From NCBI RefSeq assembly GCF_030684315.1, contig NC_081388.1, forward strand, positions 23,295,015-23,359,014: 64,000 nucleotides of DNA. Reading direction: 5' to 3'. Source of the DNA: Stegostoma tigrinum. Its lineage: Eukaryota. Positions 1-13,300 of this stretch are shown piece by piece. The first letter of the stretch is position 1; each line of letters opens with the position of its first letter. The translations under genes and the position numbers were made by a program. The notes under the pieces are model-generated. The model had not been told where the DNA came from, did not search any database, and worked only from the letters and a program-made list of their open reading frames with translations.

Positions 1-1010
1 GGTAGGAGGCAGAGGGTAGTGTTGGAGGGTTCTTTTTTGGGCTGGAAATGTGTGACCAGCAGCGTTCTGCAAGGATTGGTGCTGGTCCACTTTTGTTTGT
101 CATTTATGTAAACGATTTGGATGAAAATTTTGGAGACATGGTTAGTAAGTTTGCAGATGACACCAAACTTCGTGACAGTCAACAGTGAAGAAGGTTATGT
201 AAGAATACAAAAGGATCTTGGTCAGTTTGGCCAATGAACTGAGGAATGGCAAATGGAATATAATTTGGATGAATGTAAGGTACTGCTTTTTGGTAAAACA
301 AATAAGGGCAGGACTTATGTAATTAATGGTAAAACCCTGAGTAGTGTTGTGAAACAGAGACACCTAGGGGTTCAGGTACATAGTTTGTGCAAATTGCAAC
401 ACAGGTAGACAGGGTGGTTAAGAAGGTGTTTAGCATGCTTGCCTTCATTGCTCAGACCATTAGGAGTTGAGATGACATGTTGAGACTGACCAAAGGGTCA
501 GATAGATGGAAAACTCAAGTGATGTATGGGATTGAACAAAAACAGAAATTGCTGGAGAAACTCACGAAGCCTGGCAACATGTATGCGGAGTAAACAGTTA
601 GTGCTTCAAGTCCAGTTGGAAGCATTCAAGTTGGTAAGGCCATTTTTGGAGTACCTTGCACAATTCTGGTCACCCTGCTTTGTAAGGATTTTCTTAAATT
701 GGAGAAGGTTCAGAAAAGATTTACTGAAATGTTCCCAGGACTAGAAGGCCTGAGTTATAAGGATAGGCTGGGACCTTCTTCACTGGAGCTTAGAAATTTG
801 AGGAATGACCTTGTAGAGATTGATAAAGTCATGAGAGCATAGAAAAGGTAGATAGCAAAGGTCTTTCCCCTCTGGTGGGTGAGTTCAAAGCTAGAGGTTA
901 TATTTATAATGTAAAGAGGAGAATGATTTAAAAGGACCTGTGGGGCAACTTTTTCACACAGAGGGTGGGTGGTATGTGCAATGAACTGCCTGGGTTAGTG
1001 TTGTATACAG
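1..1010 (+). mobile_element. Decayed CR1 LINE RT/3' fragment
   Basis: SKFADDTK (agtaagtttgcagatgacacc) and LEY..QFWSP motifs with stops. Confidence 0.8.
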
Positions 1011-4000
1011 GTTGCCTACCGTTTGTGGAACTGATGCTCTGGCCATCCAGGTACCCAATGATGAGATTATGTTGGCCTTTCCATCACTGTTCATAGTTGT
1101 TTTGACATTTTACTGGAATTTGGCAATATCATAGCCCCAAACAAACTGATTCTTCTCCAGTGATATTTTCAGTTGGTTGTTCCTACTTATTTTGTACATT
1201 CATTCTTTGAGAGGAAACCTCTGCAGTTTTGGAGGAGCGGTCTGAGAGGAGTGGTGGGCTGAGGAAAAACCTGGGCCAAAGGCCAAAATTTCAGGATCTC
1301 TACAGCAGGATCAATTTTTGCAATTAAGTCTGCCAATCTAAAAGGTGGATTGAACTCCCTGACTGCAGGGCTCAGAAGTCTTCTCTGTATGTATTTCCAT
1401 TTCACTGAAGCAAAATTCCTCAGAATTAAGTGCTCGCTCCTAATTAAGTTCTACCCAGTTGAGAAATCCAGGTCTTTAGGTACCTAACTGCATTTAAGAG
1501 ACATGCACCTGGTGAGACTAACTTCTTCCAGAACTTTGGAGTAAGTACTTGCTGCTTATTGCTTGAAGTGATGCAGCTTTAATTTAAGGTCAGATTGAAT
1601 TGCTTTGCAAGATGTCCAAGTGGAGCAAAAACAGTATAGAGGAAGAAGGTGGCTACGAGTTTCGAACAGGGGTAAGTGAAAGTAGCAAAGGAGAGGGAAG
1701 GATAATGAGGCATTGTCTGGGTATAGAGAGAAGGGGAGCTATGTTTATATCCTGTTAAATTAAGACATATTTAAAATAGTACAGATTATGTGACATCAAA
1801 TGATCACCAATGCCACCCATATACGTTGAATACATCTTTTTCTTTCTTAGCCAACCACTATGTCTGATGCTGCCCTGACATCCACAGCTGGAGTTGATTT
1901 GGGCTCTTTGAAAGGGTCTAAGTGAATGTCTGGACTCCAATTGCCCTTTGTAAACTAGACACCTCCGGGGGTCCTACTTTCACTGGCTGGAGCCTAGTGT
2001 CAGTGATGTGCTCACCAGGCTGTGACCTAAGCCCACTTTAAAAGTTGCATCCACTAAGGTGAATGTCTCTGTGCAGTTGCAGGGTGCGGGTGACTGCTGT
2101 GTTTGTGCATTCAGTGACATTTTGGAGACATCATCATATAAGGGGTTGTGATTGTGGTGGTACTGGGGAATGTTGTCTTCTCTTTTGCTGTCTGCTAGTA
2201 TCTAGGCTGGAGAAGGGAAAGAATTAACTGCTGAAGTTGAAGAGTCCTTTATTAAATAAAATTACACACTGACTGCACATCTGACACCAGCAAGTCAGAG
2301 GCCTGTGAAGTCCTAACTGCTCAGGTCCGGTCACAGATCTCCATTGCAGGCTCCGCAGCTTGCTTTTCAAAAGGGATGAGAATGCAAATGTCAAGCATCC
2401 CTTTGTTGATCTGTGAGAACTCCTTCCTACTATGGGAATCCTGACCTACAGACAAAGGAAAGGATTGAGGGTCATCGTAATAGGCACCTGAAGACTTTGA
2501 GTTGATGAATCCAAGACAGAGCCTGATCCTTCACCAGCAAAAGAATAGCATTGATATGCAGCGGTTGGATTATTGATACCATTAGGTACCTGTTACCATT
2601 CAGTGTACATCATTCATGTGCTGCTGAAGCTTACAGGTGATTGTCCTATCTGACATGCCTCTGCAGTGGTACAGTTAGACTAGGTAATGCCCCTCTGAAT
2701 ATCAATTTGCTGTGAGTAAGCAAAGCTACTTATCTTTTGTGGAGTGCAGATTTCTTCATCTATTTCCTGCACTGAATCAAAGTTCTTTTGTGAGGTTCGT
2801 AGACACTGAGAATTATACTGCGATCTTGGTCTAGGCTGCCTTGGTCTGATGACAGGTTTTCCTGCTGCCATCCCTAAGAAAGAAGTCTTCTCCTCTTTAC
2901 CGGACATCCTGGCCAAAAGCCTGTTGTGGGCCGTTGCTGAATCAGGTGACCAGTTTCTGCTTGGTGTGAGATATCTTCACAATGCAGGCAACCAACACAC
3001 AGATTACTGGTGCTGCAATCTTACAGTGAGTGAAGGGCTGTTTGTGTGACCTTTAAATATGATGCCCAATCCTTCTACCTGGGAACATCCCAGCCAGGGT
3101 GCAAACTTTCTGCTCACCCCTTCCTCATAAAATTCATGGCTGTAGTTGGACAAAAAAACAAACACATGCAATTTTTTTGTTTTACTTTACTCATGAGATG
3201 TGGTGTCACTGTCTGTGGCAGTATCTGTTTCCCATCCCTAATAGTCCTGGATAACGTGGTGGTGAGCTGCCTTCTCAGAATGCTGCAATTACTTAGGGTT
3301 TAAATGCACCCACAATGCTATTAGGAAGAAAATTCCATGATTTTGGTCTAAAGACAGTAAACTAATGGTACTGTAATTCCAAGTGAGGAGGGAGCGTGAC
3401 TTGCTCTGGCCTTCCAGGTGGCACAGGTCATGGGGTTGAGCCTTGGTGAATTACTGTACTGAATCTTGTAAATGATTCACTCCACTGTCATTGATGTTGA
3501 AGTGAGTGAATGTTCAAGGGTAGTGATGGGGTATCATTGAAGTGAGCTTCTTTGTCCTGGATGGTGCCAAGTTTCCTGAGTGTTGTTGGAGCTGTACTCA
3601 TCCAGGCAAGTGGGGAGTATTCCATCACACTCCTGACTTGTGCCTTGTACATGGTGGATAGACATTGGCAAGACAGATGAGTGACCTCCCACTGAACTCC
3701 TAGCTTCTGACCTGTTGTTGGAGCTATGGAATTTATACGGCTAGTGGTAGGGGACGGTGCGAGAGTGGTAGGGGACGGTGCGAGAGTGAAAGGGGTCTTA
3801 GATTCTGATCAATGGTAACCCCAGATTATTGATAGCATTGGATTTAGCAATGTTAATCATAATTAACATCAAGGAAATATGGTTTGTTTTTCTGTTGTTA
3901 TGAGATTTTCTGGTGCTTGTGTGGTTTGAATGTTAGTTACCACTTATCAGTCCTAGCCTGAAGTTTATCCAAATGTAATGAACTGGGAAGTGTGTGATCA

Positions 4001-4308
4001 CACAAGAAAATCCAATCTACCTCTGAGCAGAAATGATTCTCATGCCCAATGTCAGACTGATACTTCATAATGGCAGATTCGGCCTAATAATTTCCTCACT
4101 CAGACTTATAACTTTTTCTTATTCCCCATTGCCTTCATCTTTATCTTTCAATTTGTGGGTAAATTCCCCCTCCCCGAGTTCATCTAGATCCCTCACCAGA
4201 ACAAATGGCAAATCTATAACTTATTTTCATTTATATTTCTTTAAAAATTAGTATTTAGCTGATTCTTTGTAAGGAAAACCAAAAAAAAGAGAATCAGATG
4301 GAACTTAT

Positions 4309-4623
4309 AGTAGGTTTGAAGAGTGACAGAGGAGTTTGTGATTAGGATCGTGGTGTTAGAGCCCAAGTCCACTTCAGCCAAGCAGGTGTACTCCTGTCCA
4401 TCATCTGACAGACTTGCGGTTAAATTGAAGACATTTCTCAACCTGTTGTCTTCACCCGGAAAATCTTGTTCTTCTGTAGAATTTCTCTGGACAGTCTCAT
4501 TCCCACTCAGCCATGTGAGAATGTGTTTATTATTTGGATACAGTCTTGGTCCAATGCGCTCCAGACTATATTTCCTGTTAATCTCCAGCACTTTGTGGAG
4601 TGATGTAATGTTTATCTCACGAT
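4309..4623 (-). pseudogene. Pseudogene paralog D, D2 Ig exon
   Basis: Same 315-nt length and strong similarity to gene A exon 3, but acceptor CAG->CTG, donor GT->AT and first Ig Cys->Arg (LERIGP vs LQCIGP). Confidence 0.85.
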
Positions 4624-5257
4624 CAGTTAAAGGAAAATCACAGTTAACTCAGTTTATGGAAATAATGAGCTCGATATCCAAATCAACGCCCCCTCTGCAC
4701 TTCAAACACAGAAAACATTTACTGAAAGAACTCCCGTTGTGATACAAATGAACAGGGTTGAAATTTTGCAGAGTAAAAATCAGTTAAGTTCATTCCAACT
4801 GAGAGAAACCTGTTGGGATATCAGCTGTTAATTTGTGAAGGTGTTAGCATCACAAAATAACTCTTCCCCATGAAATGACTTTTAGTAAGTATGTGGAAGA
4901 TGAAAACGATTGTTGTAACAGTGTTATTATTTCAATCACTTTCCAGATACTCAGCTTCCAAAGGGCTTTACTGTGTTCACAAAACGATTCTAAGGCCAGT
5001 TTAATGAGACCCAATTGAATGGCTTGATCTGATCTTTCCGCAATAAACTCTCCAACCTACTTTATCTGCATCACCTTCAGTTGATGACTGTCAGTTAACC
5101 CAGGAGCAAACTACGTCTGGCTGTTCCTACATTTTGCACTGCCCTGCAGTACAGTCCACTAAATGGTCTGAAATGAGACATTTCAAGAGTTGCCCCTTCC
5201 TCTGTCCTCATTTTACGGCAGCTAATCAATTAGGTTAGAACAACAGTTTTCATTCAT

Positions 5258-5528
5258 TGTATATTGTGACAACCATTTTCTCCTGCAGTTGTTAATTCTC
5301 TAATTTATATATCGCAGACCATGCAGGTGCAAAATCCCACTTGAGGATACTCGAGAAATCGTTTGTGTACCAAGTATTGCCCTTTGTTCTGCTGGAACGC
5401 TTCCTTGATTCATAGTCTTAATTTATCATTGGTTTCGACTGTTGCACTGCAGTTCATCTTGAAGCAGCCTCCAAATTCCACTGCTAAGGATGTTTATATT
5501 GATTGAATCTCAAATCAAGTCACTGTTG
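5258..5528 (-). pseudogene. Pseudogene paralog D, D1 Ig exon
   Basis: AVEFGGCFKMNCSAT and WYTNDFSSILKWD are recognisable and the acceptor flank matches gene A exon 2; carries stops, frameshifts, lost cysteines and donor GT->AT. Confidence 0.75.
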
Positions 5529-6604
5529 CTGCCAAGAAAACAAATCACAGTAGATCCAAGATAAGGAAGTACTTTTATCGCAAGTATTCATCAAGTAATG
5601 CCTCAAAGTAATTGCAGATTAATTACGGCATCTTGCTCTTTTTGAAAGACTCAAAATTAAAACAGGATGCTCCAAAATAACCACAGGAAGCAGCTAAAAC
5701 TTCAAATCTAGTAACTACTTTGTCAAAATGCAACTCATGGATATGTGGGTCACGTGTTAATTTGCAAACTTGATGAGAGCTGTATGTGATGAAGGTAACA
5801 GATTGGCTTTGGCTTGCAGGTATGAGACTGAAAAGATTTTGATGACAAAAAAAAACAGAAATTGCTTGAGCATTTCAGCACTAGAGAGAAAAGGAACTAA
5901 ATATCGTTAATTCCCCTGGGCCTGATTGGTTGCATCTAGGCTTTCAAAGGAGGTAGCTATAGGGATAGTGGATGCACTGGTGATGATTTTCCAAGGATCT
6001 TTAGATTCTAGAAGTCACAGAGGTGTGGGTGCCAACGTAACACTCTTCTTCAAAAAGGGCAGGCAATGCAACAAAAGTAATTATAGGCCGGTTAACTGGA
6101 TATCTGTTATGGGAAAAAGTGGAAGATTTTATTACAGAGATGTAATTGCAGAACTTTTAGAAATATTTATCATAATCAAGCAGAGTCAGCATGGCTTTGT
6201 GAAGGGGAAATAATGCCTGTCAAATTTCTTAAGAGTTCTTTAAGAAGATAACAAGCAGAATAGAATAGAATAGGTGGAATAGATTCTGGGAAATTGTCAG
6301 GATATGAACTTTGGCAGGAAGAAGGGAGGAGCTGAATATTATTTAAATGGAGAAAAACTGATAGATAGGGGTTCACATGTATGAATTATAAAAAGCTAGC
6401 ATCTATATTTACTGGGTAATGAGGAAGGCAAATGGATTGCTGATCTTTGTTTCAGAGGGAAAGTTGTGCTGTAATCAGACAAGTCATTATTTAGACCATA
6501 CTTAGAATTATCTGATCAGTTCCAGCTTCCTTATCCAAAGAAAGATATACTGGCATTGGAGGCAGTCCAGAGAAAGTTCACTAGGCTTACCCCTCTTGTG
6601 AGGT

Positions 6605-6920
6605 GAGGTGATGGCCTAGTGGTATTAACGCTGGACTATTATTCCAAAAACCCAGGTAATTCTGGGGACCCAGGTTTGAATTTTGCCAGGGCACATAGTG
6701 GAATTTGAATTTGATAAAAATCTGGAATTAAAAGTCTAATGATGACCATGAATCCATTGCTGATTGGCATGAAAAACCCATCTGGTTCACTAATGTCCTT
6801 CAGGGAAGAAAGCAACCACCCTTGCCTGGTCTGGCCTACACGTGACTGCAGACCCACAGCAATGTAGTTGACTCTTAACTGTCCTATTGGAGATGGGCAA
6901 TAAATGCTGGCCTAGCAATA
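6605..6920 (+). mobile_element. tRNA-derived SINE with LINE-derived tail; further copies at 39485-39800 (-), ~44455-44600 (-) and 57595-57935 (+)
   Basis: A/B-box-like head, shared body CTGGTCTGGCCTACAnGTGACT..AGACCCACAGCAATG and tail GGGCAATAAA. Confidence 0.7.
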
Positions 6921-7069
6921 GAATAAAGAAAGGTTGAGAGGTTGGGCCTATATTTGTTAGAATTTAGAAGAATGAGATAACACCTTATTAAAATATATAA
7001 GAATTGTAGAAAGCTTAACTGGATAAATGCTGAGATGTTGATTTCCCTTGAAACAATCTCAGAGCAAAA

Positions 7070-7264
7070 AGTTACAAAGTGTGAGGCTGGATGAACACAG
7101 CAGGCCCAGCAGCATCTCAGGAGCACAAAAGCTGACGTTTCGGGCCGAGACCCTTCATCAGAGGGGCTCTTTTGTGCTCCTGAGATGCTGCTTGACCTGC
7201 TGTGTCCATCCAGCTCCACACTTTGTTATCTCAGATTCTCCAGCATCTGCAGTTCCCATTATCC
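7070..7264. mobile_element. Short fold-back Penelope-like element (3' termini only) inserted in a CR1
   Basis: Inverted arms; TSD CTCAGAGCAAAA at 7058-7069 and 7265-7276. Confidence 0.8.
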
Positions 7265-8843
7265 CTCAGAGCAAAAGGTTGCCCATTTAAGGCAGAGATG
7301 ACAAAGAATTTCTTCTTTCAGTGTGTAATGAATCTTGAAACCCCTTGCTGCAGAGGGCTGTTTAAACCAAGCCATTAAGTATATTTAAGGTTAAGATAAA
7401 CAGATTTTTAATTGATAAGGGAATCAAGTGTTATGGTGAAAAGCCTGGAAACTGGTTTTGAAGATTATCAGATCAGCCAATGTCTCATTGAATGGTGGAG
7501 CAGACACGATGGGCTGAATGACCATAGTCTGCTCTTACCAGTTATGATCTTATAGAATCTTGGTGAAGGAAATAAGAGGATGTTGTTTACATGGATTTTA
7601 AGAAAGTGTTTGATTATGTAAATGACTAGATAACAAAACTGTGGCTAATCAGCTAGGAGGGCCAGTGTCAAATTGGATAAAGAAATGCTTCAGGGGCAGA
7701 AAACACAGGTCATGAAAAGCAGATTGAAGAATGTGGTGATCTGTCAGTCTTAGGACTTCTGCTTTCTATTGCTATTTATAAATTGCTTGGATCCGGCAAT
7801 ACAATAAACGCATGCATTTTGAACCTGCTGAGACCATATCATTATGATGTCAATCTATGGGAATTTCTTTTCACTGGACATGCAGCTAAGGGGATCAAGG
7901 AGTATGGAGAGAAAGCGGGAATGAGATACCGAGAATGGATGATCAGCCATGATCGTGGTGAATGGTGGTGTAGGCTCAAAAGGCCGAATAGCCTATTCCT
8001 GGACCTATTTTTGATGTTTCTATATCCAGCCAATCAGCATCCTCTTCTATTTGCTGTATGAATGATTATTCCTTTTCTGAATTTTGTTTTCTTAAGTTTG
8101 TGTCCTGTGTATACAAAACTAGAAGCTTCCATTTATGTCTTCCTTTAGAACGTTCGAAGTTCTACCAACTAATTATAAATATCGTGGAAAAACTTACATT
8201 TGTGCAACTTGTTCCAAGTATCTAATACCCTTTAAACTGACTTCACTTGAATGCTTCAGGAGAAGAAACTAATGCATTATAAAGTAGTGGATGTTATTGA
8301 GATTATGATATTCAGCAGTGAGTTATTTTAGTTTAAAATAAATTTCACTGTGTTATGAATACATGAAAAGAAAGGGAATAGAGTGATATGGATTCTGTAA
8401 GTGAAGACAGTTTTCGCATGGAAGGGCAAAATGTGTTGGTGCAGGCTTGGAGGACTGAAGGGCTTGTTCCTGTGCTGTAATGTTCTTTGTTCTTTAAAAT
8501 CTGGCTTGATAGATCATATTCCATTTTTGTCTTGCTTTTAACAAGGTGATCTTTCATTGAAACATAAGCATGGCAATGCTACAGATTCAGTTTTAACAAC
8601 AAAATAGAAGTTTATTACAGAAAAAGTGATAAAATATAATTTATTAAGTTGTTAATATGTAACACAAGTTTAGAGATTTTGAAACACTAAATAAAATCCC
8701 CATTAATCACAACAAGAAGCATTTAAAGTACTCACATCAGAGAGAATTCCCTTTTCTACCCGACATTGGGTTTGACTTAGCTGTGACTGTAATTCCTGGT
8801 TGTGAGAATCTGATCACCTGTTCCTTGATTCATCACACAAAGA

Positions 8844-8976
8844 TTTCTGAAGAAGGGTCCAGGCCCGAAACGTCAGCTTTCCTGCTCCTAAGATGCAGCT
8901 TGGCCTGCTGCGTTCATCCAGCTCCATACCTTGTTATCTCGGATTCTTCAGCATCTGCAGTTCCTATTATTTCTGA
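8844..8976 (+). mobile_element. Single-arm Penelope-like 3' terminal fragment with hammerhead motif
   Basis: Matches the terminal ~130 nt of the family; CTGAAGA..GAAACGTC at 8847-8874. Confidence 0.7.
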
Positions 8977-9260
8977 CCATAATCGTTCTAAGTTTTAAAT
9001 AACCAAATACTTCTGATTTGGAAATTTTACTAAACGCCTAACACTAAAGTAATCTGATTTAAACGATTCTAAGCTATCTTTTCCCTATCTCAGGAGCAAC
9101 TGCATAACTGCCCAAACTGAAACAAAACAGAATATCTTCCAAGCATTATGTCTTTCTTCTAACAAAATAAAAACTTTGACCTTCCAAAGTTGAGCTTAAA
9201 CAGAGCTATTTATCTTGTTCACTTATTCTCATGTAAGAACAAAAACCCATTACACTCTAA

Positions 9261-9642
9261 GAGGTAGTAGGAACTGCAGATGTAGGAGATAACAAGGTGT
9301 GGAGCTGGATGAACACGGCAGGCCATGCGGCATCAGAGGAGCAGGAAATCCTCTGAGGCTAAGATAATAAAATGTGAGGCTGGATGAACACAGCAGGCCA
9401 AGCAGCATCTCAGGAGCACAAAAGCTGACGTTTCGGGCCTAGACCCTTCCTCTCTGATGAAGGGTCTAGGCCCGAAACGTCAGCTTTTGTGCTCCTGAGA
9501 TGCTGCTTGGCCTGCTGTGTTCATCCAGCCTCATATTTTATTATCTTGGAATCTCCAGCATCTGCAGTTCCCATTATCTCTGATACTATTTTAATCCTCT
9601 GAGGCTGCTTGGCCTGCTGTGTTCATCCAGCTCCACACCTTG
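9261..9642. mobile_element. Nested fold-back Penelope-like elements: young copy 9361-9592 inside an older hairpin copy
   Basis: Inner TSD AATCCTCTGAGGCT (9347-9360, 9593-9606); outer TSD TACACTCTAA (9251-9260, 9643-9652). Confidence 0.8.
9454..9481 (+). ncRNA. Minimal type I hammerhead ribozyme motif (Penelope-associated)
   Basis: CTGATGA-A-GGGTCTAGGCCC (stem II)-GAAAC-GTC with ACGT palindromic stem III; activity not shown. Confidence 0.7.
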
Positions 9643-10300
9643 TACACTCTAAAAGGTCTTGCTCTCATACTGTTTAAATACAAATCACTATGGCAACAGA
9701 AATATTTTAAAAGATAATCATTAAACCCTTCAAACCCCCAGAAAACCTACATGTCACTGGTTCAAATACAAGCATTTAAACTCAAAAATAAATTGTATTA
9801 AAATATATATAAATCACACCCTTACATCATGATTCCAAAGGAAGATTTTTTTCTGCAATTCCAATCCATACACTGACTTTCAGGGAGCATGTGACAAACA
9901 ATTGAAATACAGTATTATAGACCTGTTACTGATCAATGTTCACTGTGTCATTGGCTCTCTGCTGCCAGGAATAAAGTTTAACCTCTCATTTTCATTTAAG
10001 TGAGTTGAAATGAAAGGGTCGTGAAGATCTTGAACAACTTGCCCTGATCAATTAAAACATTTCTGAACGGAGGTGGGTAACTGATTTGGAGCAAAGGTAG
10101 GTAAATGGTGTCAAGATCATGATCTCAATAAATGTAGAACAGACTCAATAGGCTAAATAACCAGCCGTAACACCTTAGCTTTCTTGCTATCCTTGAATCA
10201 AAGATGCTACGATAGGGCCATCTTTCTTGTGTGAGGAGCCACATTTTATTTCTTTGTTACTTACATGGCTGGTGAGCAACTTGTAGAAACAAACAGGTGT

Positions 10301-13300
10301 TGTGAAGTTGGGTAGAATGTTAGGAGGCAGGACGTTAGAATTTGGTATTTGTGAAATATTGGTGTTTGTAACATGCTAGGAGTGAAAGCATTGCATGGTC
10401 CATTTAAAAGATTGTGTTTTTTCTATGCTTAGAGATTTAAACAAAATGTCTGTGAGTAGCTTGAAAGTACATTGAAAGTACCCGAATTGTGACCTTTGTA
10501 TCAAAAGGCCATACAGTTCACAGTTAGCAGCAGTTTTGTTTTGTTACCAAGACAAGTTTTTGAATTTAGCTGATCAATTTGAACCAGGTACTTAGATACC
10601 AAAAACAAATTAAGTTTAAAATCTAATGGTTTTGACAACATAGGATCAATCCTAGTGTAAGAAATTGATATGTCATTAGGGGTATAAAGGAAGAGGGTAG
10701 TTGGACAAAGACAGGAGAGCGAACAGCCATCTACCAGAGTTAACAGTTCACAGCTCTCAAGAGAGAATTGCTGGCTGTCACAGTCCTCTTGGTTTTAGAG
10801 AAAGCACCATCGAAATCAAAATACTTTTGGTACAACTAGTTAATATTCCTCTCAGAAGAATTGATGGGGCAGGAGTTCCTTACAGAACATTTGATGAAGA
10901 AGGCACAGAGGATTCCGGAAGACACACAACCTGGCTGTTTCAAGAGAATAAGTTTTCTTTTATTTTAGTTTATATAAGTGGGACTTCTATTTATTGGAAC
11001 AGCATACCATTAGAATCTTGTTTTATTCGGGAATAGTTCATAGTTACAAGGGGTTTATTCGGTTTATTAATAGTTTACGTAGAACATAGAACATTACAGC
11101 ACAGTACAGGCCCTTCGGCCCTCGATGTTGTGCCGACCCGTCATACCAATCTGAAGCCCATATAAACTACACTATTCCATATATGTCTATATGCTTGTCC
11201 AATGACGACTTAAATGTACTTAAAGTTAGCGAATCTACTACCATTGCAGGCAAAGCGTTCCATACCCTTACTACTCTCTGAGTAAAGAAACTACCTCTGA
11301 CATCTGTCCGATATCTTTCACCACTCAATTTAAAGCTATGCCCCCTCGTGCTCACCGTCACCATCCTAGGAAAAAGGCTCTCCCTATCCACTCTATCTAA
11401 CCCTCTGATTATTTTATATGTTTCAATTAAGTCACCGCTCAACCTTTTTCTCTCTAACGAAAACAGCCTCAAGTCCTTCAGCCTTTCCTCATAAGACCTT
11501 CTGTCCATACCAGGCAACATCCTAGTAAATTTCCTCTGCACCCTTTCCAAAGCTTCCACATCCTTCTTATAATGTGGTGACCAGAACTGTACACAATACT
11601 CCAAGTGCGGCCGCACCAGAGTTTTGTACAGCTTCACCATAACCTCTTGGTTCCGGAACTCGATCCCTCTGTTAATAAAAGCTAAAACACTGTATGCCTT
11701 CTTAACAGCCCTGTCAACCTGGGTGGCAACTTTCAAGGATCTGTGTACATGGATACTGAGATCTCTCTGCTCATCTACACTACTAAGAATCTTACCATTA
11801 GCCCTGTACTTTGCCTTCCGGTTACTCCTACCAAAGTGCATCACCTCACACTTGTCCGCATTAAACTCCATTTGCCACCTCTCAGCCCAGCTCTGCAGCT
11901 TATCTATGTCTCTCTGTACCCTACAGCATCCTTCATCACTATCCACAACTAATTTTAGCTAATTTGTTCACAATTAGAATTAAATAAATAAATTGTTACT
12001 CATTGATTATAAAGTGAGTGTCAGGGATTTGTTTTCTTTAACCAGTAGAAGTTGCTGAAAGGCAAGTGAAACTACTTTAACACTCCTTTTTAACAGATTG
12101 TATGGCAAGGTGTTCCTCTTTGGGTGTTTTGGTTTTAGTTCTGAGAAGGGGGTCAACCTCCGCTTTTCAACAGATTGGGGGTTCGTGTCCAGGGTCCGAA
12201 TGGATTTGAATGGGTCTGAATAGATTTGGTGTACAAAAGGTCCTATCAGATTTATACAGACTTGGGTATTAGTGTCCTAGATTTTCATATAAAACTTAGG
12301 TGAGAAGTTTAAAATCTGTTAAATTTTGATTGCTTGTTGGTTAAATCAGAAGTGAAATGATGGCTGTTTCATTCACTAGGGTGTCCTGGGGATGGAAGAA
12401 GTGATTTTGGTGGTTTTACAGAAGGTAAGCAAGGAAAAGCTGCAGGAATTGGCAGACAAACTGGAGTTGGTGTTGCCTCTGACGGTGAGAAAAGAAGAGG
12501 TAATTACAGCAATAGCTTGCAATTTAAATTTACTGGAAAGGCCATCAAAATCTTTGGAAATGGCTAGGATTCAGTTGTAGATGAAGCAGGTTGAACAGGA
12601 AGGGAAACTGAAACTGTTTAAATTGTGGTTCCAAGCAGAGGAAAGACAAAAAGAGAAAGAGAGAGAGAGTTTGAACTTCAGAAGTTGCAAATTAAACTTG
12701 ATAGCCAACTTAAAATAATGAAAGTGAAGATGGAAGATAGGTTTAGTGAGTAGGAGGGTGATGATAAGCAGACCCATCATAGCAAAGACCTTGTAGGGAT
12801 ATATATAAATATGTCAAAATATTCAATGAAAACAATCTAGAAACCTTTTTTAAATCTCCCTTGAGAAATTGGCTAAACAGATGGACTGGCCAGAGACTGT
12901 GAGGGTAATGTTAATTCAGACCAAGTTGGTAGGCAGGGCTGGTGAGGTGTTTGCAGCGCTGTGAGGAGGTGTCAAGAGATTATGAAGGAGTAAAACAGGC
13001 TATTTTGAGTGCCTACAAATTGGTACCAGAAGCATAGGCAACAGTTCAGAAATAAAAGAAGCAAACTCGGTCAGACTTATTGAGTTTGAAAGAATTAAAC
13101 AGAACAACTTGGATATATGGATGACAGCACTAAAGATAGAAAAGACATATGAGGATCTAAGAGATAATATTCTGCTGGAGGAGTTTAAAAACTCATTTCC
13201 AGAAGTGATAACAACTCATGGTGAGGAACAAAAAGTTAAAACGGTGGGAAGAGCTGCAGAAAGATCGGATGAATATGCATTAGTGCATAAATCGAAATCT

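Larger units (their letters stand above)
5900..7560 (+). mobile_element. Decayed CR1 LINE interrupted by a SINE and a Penelope hairpin
   Basis: NYRPV, SQHGFVKGK and CR1 3' UTR. Confidence 0.7.

Noticed and set aside
3743-3788. 21-bp tandem duplication AGTGGTAGGGGACGGTGCGAG
   Set aside because: An isolated two-copy duplication within an old LINE fragment; nothing suggests function.
8530-9826. Possible minus-strand solo LTR
   Set aside because: Composition and the terminal TTACA are suggestive, but no partner LTR or TSD could be confirmed.
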